NCBI GenBank assembly: GCA_003971905.1
Contig: RSEE01000014.1
Coordinates: forward strand, 868,001-932,000
Length of the DNA: 64,000 bases
Reading direction: 5' to 3'
Source: Moniliella sp. 'wahieum'
Taxonomy: Eukaryota
In this document: piece after piece, positions 52,101 to 62,826 of the stretch
How positions within the stretch are numbered: position 1 is the first letter of the stretch
Layout: each line of letters opens with the position of its first letter
Position numbers and translations under genes: made by a program
The notes under the pieces: generated by a model
Told to the model about the DNA's origin: nothing
The model's input: the letters and a program-made list of their open reading frames with translations, nothing else
Databases searched by the model: none

Positions 52101-54260
52101 GAAGCCTCCATATTACTTGCTTCTTCCCGCCCGTTTTTCCAACAGCATGACAGCTATATATAGATTGCGTCAGCCATTATATCCTCCTGTGTACGCTTCC
52201 TACTATTATTCCGCCAGCTACACCCCGCTTCACAAATGGGCCTCACTTCTTTTTTTCTTCAACACCTTATATAATTTCCAGCATTCTTCAAAACTGCATG
52301 CTCTTTCTTCTCTCTTCATTAGTAGTTACCCGACACCAAAACAACTGAGGTGGAGACGCGCTTATACGTGAGAGTGGATAAAATCATTATTTGTCCATTG
52401 AACCTTGTCATCAGATAGCATAGCACACCACAGCGAACTGCCGATCCCCGCTGGAAAGGCGACAAAAAGTAGCGCGACGAAAGGAGAAGGCGACGGGCTG
52501 TGGGCGCGAGCTCGAGATTGTATAGATGAATAACGGTTTGATGGGCCTTTGGGGACGGTATAGGGGTCGTCCATGCGCACCACGGGATTGGTACGGATGG
52601 ATCACTCATAGTGATTCTCAATAATAGTCTCTTATACACCAGTACCGTCAGTGTCCCCCATCTCACTGCGATGCGAGAATGGGGCCAAATTTTTTCACCA
52701 CTTTTAATGTCACCATCGTCACGCGCCTCCAGCTTCAGTTTCGATTGCGGGGCTCCAGCCCGTTGTCTGTGCATGTTACTGCTTTTCGTCTGGGGAAGAC
52801 ATCTGTGACGTATGAAAGCATCCACACGTATGAAAGCAGCCGCATATATCATAGGTACCGCATGCGTACTATACCGAGACCCAAATGTCGATGATCGGTC
52901 GACGGCCCCGACGGGCGTGACGTCGTAGCGTGTCTCGGCACAGTCACATCTCGCAGGTAGAGAGATGCCATCTGGCAGGCCATTGGGCCCCTGAGGAAGA
53001 CCATCAAACCAACGCCTGATGGACCTGATGACTGTGACCAAAACAGGGCAAAGTCGGCTCTAGAGTAAGACCGTATCAGATGTAAAAGATGATAGAGAAT
53101 GTATGACGGTGATGTGTACAGTTATACTATTGTTACCCATAGTATAATTCTGATGAAATGGGGGATGCAGGACAGGTGCAGGAGAGTGTATTGCTACTAG
53201 TAGTATCTTGCCCGGTCGGAGGAAGAGCAGAGGCGGCGAAATGAGTTTCACTCGCAGTATCGTCAGGCACAGCAGGGCACAGCTCTGTCACGTTCAACTC
53301 TCTTACGGATTTTACTTGCGGCCGATGGGCTGTTGATGATCGATGAGATCGATGTTGGCAAAATCGTGTATTGTTGACTATATGATGAGACTACCGGTAG
53401 TCGTGTGTCCCGAGCGGATGTGTGGGAAAACAGGAACCATTTAGTCAGTAAGAAAAGGCATTCTCCACAGCTTCACTAACCTTTAGTTCCTCAAGCTTCA
53501 AGCCCTTGGCGACATCGAGGCCCGAGGCCTGAGGCTCCTGAGGCCTGCCACTTCGCTTTGCCCCCTTCCACGTGTCATGCTTCCCCAGTCCACCTCAGAC
53601 GGGGGGTAGAGAAGGAGGGCGCAGGAAAGCACAGGACGATGCATCCGCGACTCTGGGCCCTGGACTTTGGACCCTGGATCTGGGTGCCTGGGCGTCGGTC
53701 CCAGAGCGCGGGGCCAGTGTTCGGAGATTTGACCCACAGGCTGCGGCACTGGCTGGCAGAAGAGCGCCATGCATGATGGTTATGTGTCTCATGTATGATG
53801 CGGAGAACTATGCGCTGTCGGGTGCTGGGGCCATAATGCATAACTGCCGCCAGGCGGGCTATTCCGAGCCGTACCATAAAAACGGATGGGGAGTGCTGGT
53901 GTTGCTTTCATATGTGTCCTCGCCCCTTTGTGTTATTGCCCTCCGTCTCCCCTGCCACCCGCTTCCTGCCTTCTCCCCGCCCGTTTGGTATCTGCCACAG
54001 CCATGCCACATCTCCCCGACATGACCCTCGCCTGCCCCCCCCCCTGCCGCCAAGCCTGCCAGCTGCAGCACCCCAGCCCCAGCACCATCCCATCCGCCAT
54101 CACGCTGCCCCCTTTCCCCATCTGTTCCCCCCGCAACCGCTTCCCTTTCCTCTAGGTTGCCAGTCCGCGGCGCATCCGCTTCTTGGCAATCCCCCTGCCC
54201 CTCCCTTGCCTTTCCCGTCCACTGCCTTTCTTCCCACATACGCCCCTCATCAAGACTGCG

Positions 54261-55452
54261 ATGCGCTCCACCTTTTCCTCCAAGGCAACCACAGTAATGG
54301 TTCTCTTTCGTCTCCTGAACGTCCTCCTCCTAATAAGGATGGTCTCACACTTGCATCCACACCACCCAACCGCTTCTCCCATCCCCAGCCCCAATTGGTG
54401 TCGTTATCCGGGACGGAACAGCAGGCCTCTTCTCCCCGTCCAAATATCACGTCCACCCCAACGCGGGCAACAAGCAAAGGCACCCGGAAGGCTTACAGCA
54501 AACGCAACCCTCACCTTGTCAACAAGCTGTTTCACATGTTGGAGGATGGATCATGGGACGATGTCGTGCGCTGGTCTTACGAGCGCGATAGTTTTGTTGT
54601 TGTGGTACGTCGCTGGGCGCCTCAGACGGGTGCGAGAGGAAGGCATACATTTTAGGGGAGAGAGACTCGAACGTGCATGGGCGCCGACAGAACTTGGATA
54701 AGTTCAACAAGCAGGTGCTGCCCCTGCCATTTCAAACACTCTAGCTTTTCCAGCTTTGTCCGCCAGCTCAACAAACACGATTTCCACAGGTCAAGAGCGA
54801 TCGAGCCTTGCTGGCAAAACTTTTGGACGTGGATCCGAGGCAAGTCAAGCCAGGCTATTTGGAAATGTGGGAGTTTAAGCATCGTTCCTTTCGCTCCGGT
54901 CGCCCCGACTTGCTCCACTTGATCCAACGCAAGGCCACAACTTTACCGCCCAACAGTCTTGCCAGTACGACCACCTCGGTACTGGCCAAAAAAGATAAGG
55001 ACATGTCCCCTCCCCTCTCCTCTATGACCGAGGAAGTCTGCCCCGACACCCCCATATCCCCCATCAACAACAACGCCGTAAAGGAGGATGTGACCGACCT
55101 CAAGCAACAGTTGAGCAGCTTGCAAGTCATCCAAGATGAGATGATCGACCATCTTGGCGCGCTTACCAAACAGTATGAGACAGTGATTACCGACATGGTG
55201 CAGGTCCAAGAAAACTTGGTGTATCAGGATAAGCTTATGCAGCTCCTCGTCCGCCAGTTGGCAACTGCCGACACTGCCATACTCACCACCGCCAACGCAT
55301 CCCTCCCTTCTCTCTCCACGCGCCGTGCACCTTCTTTGCATCCCAGTCCCACTCTCTCCGTTCATTCGAATTCGTCATCCCATACCAAGGACACAATGGT
55401 TCAGCTCCCCAACAGTCCGGTCTCATCACTGAAAGCATCTCATTCTTCGTAA
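54261..55452 (+). CDS. HSF-type DNA-binding transcription factor, Skn7/Prr1-like, with no visible receiver domain
   Basis: LVNKLFHMLED..WDDVVRWSYERDSFVVV|NLDKFNKQVLP.HFKHSSFSSFVRQLNKHDFH...WEFKHRSFRSGRPDLLHLIQRK, followed by the coiled coil LKQQLSSLQVIQDEMIDHLGALTKQYETVITDM...QDKLMQLLV. Intron ~54605-54690; frameshifts; start uncertain. Confidence 0.85.
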
Positions 55453-56526
55453 CGCCGACCCCGTGCTGCCGCCCCCTCTCACCCTCCCCCGCGCAAACCG
55501 ACGGACGAGGCCCCAACCTCTTGAAAAGAAGAAAAGCACGTTTCTCCCGCTTCCTCCGGCCCACTATGCAGAGCGAACTCCATACCATTTCAATGAGACG
55601 GGCAGCAGAACATCGGTCCCATCAGCGTCGCTACGCCCGTCAAACAGTACCAATCTCCTTGAGCACAGCGCACTTTGGCTCTGCGGGACCCAAACGGGCT
55701 CGCGCAGCTTAAAGCTTTTGTTGACTGTGGTGGCATCTGCGGTTTTTCTGGAGTGGGTGTGGTGGGAGAATCAAGAATTGAGAGACATGAATGGACGCAC
55801 GCCCAATCTCACTCGATTCCCCTTGGGGGGTTTTCGAAACCGCCCCAGACTAACAATCGTACTTACTCCCACCTTCTGCGCTTTCCTCCCCATCCTTCTT
55901 TTTCTTCCCTTATTCCACTCCGGGTTGTAGTCAGCTCGCATATGGAGTTTCTTACCTGCCTTGGTAGAGCGCTAAATTCCCTTCTTCTTGTCACGGGTCT
56001 TATGCTTGGATGGAGCAGACATCTGCCCTTTTCGTTTTCAGAGGTTGTTGTATTCACCACGGGCTCTTTTCTCACGGGGACTTTAACGGTGCTCCCACCT
56101 GCATCCCTGTCACATGTCGCTTCTCTTGTTTTTGTCGTCTCATCTTCATCGTCATCACCTAAATAGTATCATCTCTCGATCTCTTCCTACACATGCAGGT
56201 ATATACATATAGATTTGTAGAGAATTTCCCTAGCCCCTCCTACCCCGTCACTTGTTGTCTCCTTACGCCGGAGGTGGGTGCAATCAACGTGTGATGGCAT
56301 CTTGGCGTTCAATGTCGACGATAGTAGAGATGCTGGCGGAAGGCATCACTACTAAAGTAGTGCCTTTGTATTATAACTTTTCCTTCCTGCTCCGGCGAGA
56401 GAGCCTTGGTATTGCAGTTGTTCGTAGTTGCCTTAGCTTTCCGTTTTCTTCTACTTTCCATAATACGTTTTTCAAACCGCAACTATGGTGTTCATTGATA
56501 ACGCAAGTGCAGCCCTCCACGGCATG

Positions 56527-56612
56527 GGGCGGATAGCTCAGTTGGTAGAGCGCACGCTTCGCATTCCACGTGCACATGTGTGAGGTCTGGGGTTCGATTC
56601 CCTATTCGTCCA
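56527..56612 (+). tRNA. tRNA-Ala (anticodon CGC) with a 13-nt intron
   Basis: Acceptor stem GGGCGGA/TTCGTCC with the G3:U70 Ala identity pair; D-arm GCTC/GAGC; anticodon stem CACGC/GTGTG with CGC at 56560-56562; intron 56564-56576 after position 37; T-loop TTCGATT; discriminator A; oligo-T Pol III terminator 56614-56619. Confidence 0.96.
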
Positions 56613-56724
56613 GTTTTTTCGGTTCCGTTGATGAAGCGAACGCAGCCTGCCCTCTCCTTCTCGCGCTCCCACCTTCTGCCAATACCAAAGGTATCTATCC
56701 CCTTGGAAGAAGTTCCCATGACTC

Positions 56725-58576
56725 ATGGATCCCGTGACATCCTTTGCCCTTTCAGGCATTGTGGAGTATCCAGACAACTACCAGGATGGCTCGTGCCGAT
56801 TCCGGAGGCGGCTGACCATCCGACAGCATGCGTTCCTCGTTAATAGCGCATCGGGTCGCACTGGCTATACATGCTACTACTCTACCCCCCCCCTCGGAAA
56901 TCTTGGAACCTCCTACGACGCGGTCTCCCCATTTTGGACCCAGAGAGAGTTGGGCAGTGGCGCCATCTAGCCTAGTACCTTCTGACCACCCTCCCGCTCG
57001 TCTAGACCCGCTTAGCCGAGCCACGATGCCCACAGCAAGCCACAGACAAACATGGGACACGATGTGGTGGACAACCTGAGGGTGCCTACGCTCGGGACCG
57101 AAACCCAATCCAGCGACGCGGACGACAACAGCTTCCCCGTTCAGCCCCTGTCGAACCAGCCCCAAGGGCAGCTCAATTTGCTAGTGAATGTTGGCCACAT
57201 GGCGTCTGCTTGGACGGCCGATGAGCTAGCTACTCGAGGGTCGCCGGTTGGTCCAGTTCTGGCGCAGGCAGGAAGGCAACACCATCTAAGCTACCTTCCT
57301 CCCCATCTCACCTATCGAATACGTATAAAGGACTCGATTGTGGTCTCATGCATCTTCGGTCCAGACGGGAACCAGTGCTACAGTACATTGTTCGAATTGC
57401 TTTGCTTGCTTGAGGCACTTGAGGGCGACAACTTTTCGATTAAGGAGGAGGCACATTTCCGGCGCCTCCTGGAGCGCAGTTCCACTCCGAGACGATCCCT
57501 GTCATGGGGGGGGGTCTTGAGGTGGGACCCCCCTGTAGTTTAGGGTATAAACCCTTGGACAGATCAATCGGTGGCTCGTACGTTAGGTCCTGCTCCAGAT
57601 CCTGGTTGAACCGAGCGGGTGTAGAGGCTAGGGAGAGACCCTCTAGTTTGGGTGGCTGCCTGCGTGCAAAAGCCGCAGTCCAGACCCTCTGAGGTAGGAG
57701 CCGCGTACGTAGGTCGTTAGACCAGCTGAAGGGGTCCAGGAGCTCCGGCATTACTCTGTTCCTCGCAGCGTTACCACACTCGGTACGCTGTAGCTGGCGG
57801 GAACAGACAGAGTCCTAAAGAAGAGCAAGCGCTACTGATGAGAGTAACCGCGGCTGGCAGTGCACTCGACGTAAGTCGTAAATTCGTAAGCGTAAGGGTG
57901 GTAGAAAAGGTGGAAGGGCGAGAGAGGAACTGGTAGTCGGGGAGACCAACGGTAATAGACAGGATGATGGTCGACCAGGATCACATGTCACAACTAGCAA
58001 GCCTTAGACATGGCTGCTTATATGCAGCAGAGGGAACCAGGCCTCAAGTGCCTCATGACAGGTATAGACAGAATGCGGGGCACTTCCCAGAAAGGTAAAG
58101 ACTAATGCACAGCCCTTGCTTCCCAAGGCCCTGACGCTGCGCAGTCGGGCACAGGAGGAAGGGTTCTGACGAGACTGGACGCAATAGGCACAAAGCATCG
58201 TACCGATAAGCCCATGTGGCCATGGCGGGCCGCGGATGATATCCGCAGCAAGGATTAGGTGTCGGTTGGCTCTCTCTCGCTAGTCTAACCGGACTGACGC
58301 ATGTTGGGCTGAGATGTCTACGACATGCGGGGCTCAGCGTCCGGAGTAACCGGAGCGCCCCGTAACAATCCCCAAGCACTCGGGTGGATCGGAACTTTTT
58401 TCAAGTGGATCATGGACTGTAAGGACCCCAAGCCATGCATCGTCTCGAAGGACGTGGAGATTTTCTCGTGGGGTGCGCTGGACGAAGGATGCTCTATTCG
58501 ATTGCAAGATATATATGTGCATGATATTCCAATGATGGAGGCGCATCCCGACGTATCTCCCGCCCCGTCGCCGTAA
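56725..58576 (+). pseudogene. MedA/medusa-like (DUF7082) transcriptional regulator pseudogene, interrupted by a solo LTR
   Basis: Stitching frames gives WTADEL..GRRLVQFWRRQEGNTI*ATFLPISP...IVVSCIF...CYSTLFELLCLLEALEGDNFSIKEEAHFRRLLE.QFHSET[insertion]IPKHSGGSEL.FFKWIMDCKDPKPCIVSKDVEIFSW. This is collinear with the MedA C-terminal domain as I recall it (RRLVxF, ISCI, FxVEEKNRIRRNLE, FFxxIMxFPxPKPRNIEKDVKVFxW). In-frame TAA at 57287-57289. Confidence 0.8.
57500..58367. mobile_element. Solo LTR (868 bp) of an LTR retrotransposon
   Basis: TG...CA termini; imperfect terminal inverted repeats TGTCATGGGG / CCCCGTAACA; perfect 5-bp target-site duplication ATCCC at 57495-57499 and 58368-58372; TATA-like CATATAAG on the minus strand (~58016-58024). 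Removing it restores the host protein motif. Confidence 0.88.
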
Positions 58577-59071
58577 CTGGGCCCTCAGGCATGCACCTGC
58601 CCTCGTTTCGTCCCGCACGCATGGTTTGCCGCCATCAGGCGCGCACGACTCGCCCCCGCACTCTGTGTTCACACTCTTGTCGCCACCGGCACTTCCGTAT
58701 CGTGTATATCAGTTAGGCAAGAGCACGCCGTCTTGTTTTGTTCTGAATTACCCCGCCGCAACAGAGGCTGACGTAAGCATGCACCCGCTGCGGCAAGTAA
58801 GACATGCGCCGCACGGCCCATGCGAGACCCTCCTGCGAGAGGCTGGGGTGGCCAGACCTTTTGCGTGTTCGGCGTGTGTTTCTAGGCTGGCCTGACGCTT
58901 GGCGTTGTGCGGCACCCCGCCGCCGCCTTGGCGTCCTTCCGGTGCTCGCGCCCGCCTTCACCGCCACCACCACGCCACCGCCACGCCACCGCCTCGCCAC
59001 CCCCGCCACCGCCGTCGCCACCCCCGCCACCGCCGTCGCCCCCCCCGCCACCGCGTCGCCACCCCGCCACC

Positions 59072-61934
59072 ATGCCCGACCCCGACCCCCATCCCCCCCA
59101 GCCAGCCAACGCTGCTGACGACCTGCCTCTTTGATCTGGCCCTCAGCTTTGGCGCGTTGTGCTCCGCATCTTCTTCCGCTCCATCCAGCCCCGTGGCTCC
59201 TGGCACATCCCCGCTGCCAACTCTGGCACGGCCGTCCTCTTTGCGGGTGCTCCCCACCACAACCAGTTCCTCGACCCTTTGTCCTGGGCAGCGAAGCCTT
59301 CCGCGGTCCGGCCGCCGCGTCAGCTTCCTCACCGCGGAAAAGAGCTTGCGTCGCAAGTTCATTGGCCCGGCCGCCCGCATGATGGGCTCCATCTCTGTTG
59401 TTCGCGCGGCCGACTGTGCCAAGCCTGGCATTGGCGCATCTCGTATTGGCCCGAGGAGATGGAGACAACCTACTGCGAATCCAGGGGCACGGCACCCAGT
59501 TCACCCAGCAGCTCACCCCCCGTGCCCAGCTGGTACTGCCCAAACTCTTTGGCTCTGCTTCAGCCGAAGTGGTTAAGGTGGTGAGTGATACAGAGTGCAT
59601 CATCAAGGCTCCCTTTAAGGATGTGCCGAAGAAGCTGCCGGTGCGACAAGCTCTTGCCCCACCTTCTGCCGCCTCGACTAATCCCGGGCAGCATCGGCCC
59701 CTCCGAGGAGACGAAGCCTCTTCTGGAGCCCATCTCGTCAGAACAGCCAGGCACTGAGTTTATTGTCTTCCCCCACATCGACCAATCCAGGATGTACGCC
59801 CAAGTGTTCGACAAGCTCAACGAAGGTGGCAGCCTAGGCATATTCCCTGAAGGTAGAGACCCCCCCCTCCTCCATTCTCTTCTCCGTCAATCTCTTTCGT
59901 CCATGCATTCCCTGACCTCCTCTCTTCCCGTTCAGGTGGATCACACGATCGTACGGACTTGCTTCCGCTTAAGCGCGGTGTAGTGATCATGGCTCTGGGC
60001 GCGATTAAGGCCAATCCGAAACTGAAGGTGCAAATTGTGCCGGTCGGCTTGTCGTATTTCCACCCGCACAAGTTTCGGTCGCGCGCTGTGGTCGAATTTG
60101 GCAGTCCGATTGATGTCCCTTCTGACCTAGTCCAGCTCTTTGCCCAAGGATGGGGACAAGAAGCGCAAAGCGGTGGAAGAGTTGATGGACATTGTGTACA
60201 ATGGGCTCAAGTCGGTCACACAACTTGCCCCGATTATGAGACGCTCCAGCTCATCCAAGCTGGGCGGCGACTGTATGTCCCACCGGGAATGAACTACAGT
60301 GGTGAACTGGAACCCATGCTGGATTGGGACACAGCACACCACCGCACCCTTTCAAGGGAGAACATGACCCCATCTGCCCATGCTCATTTGAGTCTGGGCC
60401 AGGTGGTGGACCTGAACCGTCGTTTCATTCTGGGCTACATGACGTTTAAGGACGACCCTCGCGTCCAGCGTTTCAAAGCATCGGTATTGGCCTACAACCG
60501 TCGCTTGGCCGACTTGGGGCTACGGGATCATCAAGTGGAGGTGGCACGACAAGCCAATTTCCCGTGGTTGGATTGCTCTTGTACCGCACTTTTCTCCTGC
60601 TGTTCTGGGTGGCTTGGCTCTACCGGGTTCATCTTGAACATGCCCTTTTCATTGTGGCCAAGGTGATCAGTCACAAGAAGGCCAAGGAGGCACTGGACGC
60701 GTCCCAGGTTAAGCTCCAAGGCCGCGATGTGTTGGCCACCTGGAAAATTCTTGTCTCGCTCGGCATGGCGCCGATCTTGTATGCCTTCTATGCCATCCTC
60801 CTGGCCTTTACCTCTACACAGCCAACTGCTGCCCCATGCCCATGCCTGGTGGCTTGCCCCGCTTTCCGCCTTGGCCTCCATGCCACTCTTGGCCTACAGT
60901 ACCATCAAGTTTGGCGAGGCGGGCCTGGATATTTACAAGTCGCTCCCTCCCTCGTTGTCAGTCTTATCCCTGGCCGTGGTTCTCAGATTGAGGCACTGCA
61001 GCACACCCGCCGTCTCTTGGCACGCGACCTGCAGCAGCTCATTGACGAGTTGGCACCCCAAATCTGGCCTGACTATGCCCAGTACAAACAGACAATGCTC
61101 CAACGTGCCGAACGCCGACACAAGTCGAGTGTGGCGGCCACCACAAACGAGCTCTCTGTTCCGGCCCCCTTGGGTCTTCCAGGTGCATGGATCGAAGACG
61201 AAGCGTTGTTTGGATGGCGTGCTTCGGGCCACCACCGTTCAGACTCGCATCGGTTCCCGTCTCCCTTTCTTTCGCCACAGCTCGCGCGCACTTCACCTGC
61301 GCTCTGCCGGCGGTTCATCCTCCCTCACCTCACCCCACCTGCCAGCAGGCTCAGGCGGCATTCCTGATTGGCTTTGCCCCTGGCGGCGCAGAACGGGTTC
61401 CAAGACACGGAAGCGGCTGAGGAAGAAGCACTTCCGCCCCTGGATGAAGCAGAGTACTTGGCTGCGCTCGACTTGGCTGCGTCCGAAGTGGGCAGCTACG
61501 CCAGCACGTTCACCCGTGCCGCCGCCGCGGCTCGGACCCACCAGGCTGAAAAGTCGACTAGCACAGCCTCGCCCGCCAGCTTGCTCGGCGCATCGGGCTT
61601 GTCCCCCTCGTTCGCCAAGGCACGCAAGAACTTGTCCCATTCCTTGTCGAAGTTGCTTCCTCCCAAATCGGAATCGGGAGACATGGCCGAGCCCGAACCC
61701 AAGCTCGCGCCCGAGACCGAGACCGGGACTGAACCCGAGCCCCAGCCGCCCACCAGCGCACCCGTGGGCACGTCCACCGCCACTGACCTCACGGCGCCCG
61801 CGAGCCACGAAGCGGTCGCGCCTGCGGTGCTGCAGGTCCCGCGCACCGCTTTCGCACTCGCTCTCATACACTGGAGGAAGACATTTCGGCCGGCGAGCTG
61901 CGTGCGCACTATGCCGCTGCTTCGGCGGCCCTAG
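59072..61934 (+). CDS. Glycerol-3-phosphate O-acyltransferase (Sct1/Gpt2 family)
   Basis: LRIFFRSIQPRGSWHIP, GAPHHNQFLDP, RRVSFLTAEKS, LGIFPE|GGSHDRTDLLPLKRGV..MALGA, IVPVGLSYFHPHKFRSRAVVEFG and VKLQGRDVLATWK. Intron ~59852-59935; frameshifts. Confidence 0.92.
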
Positions 61935-62826
61935 CGGACGCGGATGGGTCCCCCGGGCACGCGAGGGGCAAGAACGAGAACGAGACCGAGAACCTGGCTC
62001 AGGTCCCGTTTGACCGTGCGGCTCACCTTCTCGAAGGCCACGGCCACGGTCACGGCCACGGTCAAGGTCACGGCGCCGACGACCCGCTACTGACTCGCCC
62101 TTGCACTTGCCCCCGCTTCGACCGATCCCCAAGCTGGACGAAATCCCACAAGCTAGTCGCACCCCGTCTCGTCCTGCCAGCCCCGCGCTTTCGCCTCACA
62201 TGCCACCATAAGGGCCTAAGGCCTTGGCCTAAGGTCTAACCCCTAACGCCCACCTCTCATAACATGTAACAAGTGGCCCAGACCCCGTCGATGAACAAGA
62301 TTCTCCCCAGCGCGAGCCTCCTTTTGGTGTTTACGCGTCGTTCGTTGCATGTTAGGTGACCGGTGACCGGTGACCGGTGACCGTAGAATAGACAGGCATT
62401 TCAACTGCCGCCCTTTGCTCCCCCCTGGCTGGGGTTCCCCGGCCTACCAATTTCACTCCCCCTTGTTATTTTTCTCGTAGCGAATTATGGCCAAGCCGTA
62501 GCGGGGGACTGGGGGTAAGCTGACTGACAAGCCTTACCCCTTACCCTTGAGCTCAAGCTTGAGCAGACTGAGTACTGAGCGCCTGAGCGGAGAGACAGTG
62601 GGAGAGAGGTGGCTACCGCAGGGGAACAAGGAGAGAGAGGAGCTGGCAAGATACAGCATGGAGAAGACCGTGGGCGTGATTGAAAAAAAAAGACAAAAAG
62701 AGGAGACACGGGCAACGTAGGGCTGTGGCGATGGGATGTGTGAAGGAGGGGGGGGGGGGGGGGGAATGGTCCAGAGGAGGAGGTACAGGGGCAGACGTAA
62801 GGTACGGGCGCCTTCACGCTGTTGAC

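Noticed and set aside
49430..54200. Search for a mating pheromone precursor (short ORF ending in CAAX) or transposase/RT remnants
   Set aside because: I found no CAAX-stop ORF and no recognisable RT, integrase or DDE motif by eye.
56564..56582. CACGTG/CACATGTG palindromes in the tRNA intron
   Set aside because: A short intron at the canonical 37/38 position is ordinary for fungal tRNA genes.
62230..62250. CTAACC words resembling telomeric repeats
   Set aside because: Only two imperfect copies within a 7-bp-period array; not a (TTAGGG)n tract.
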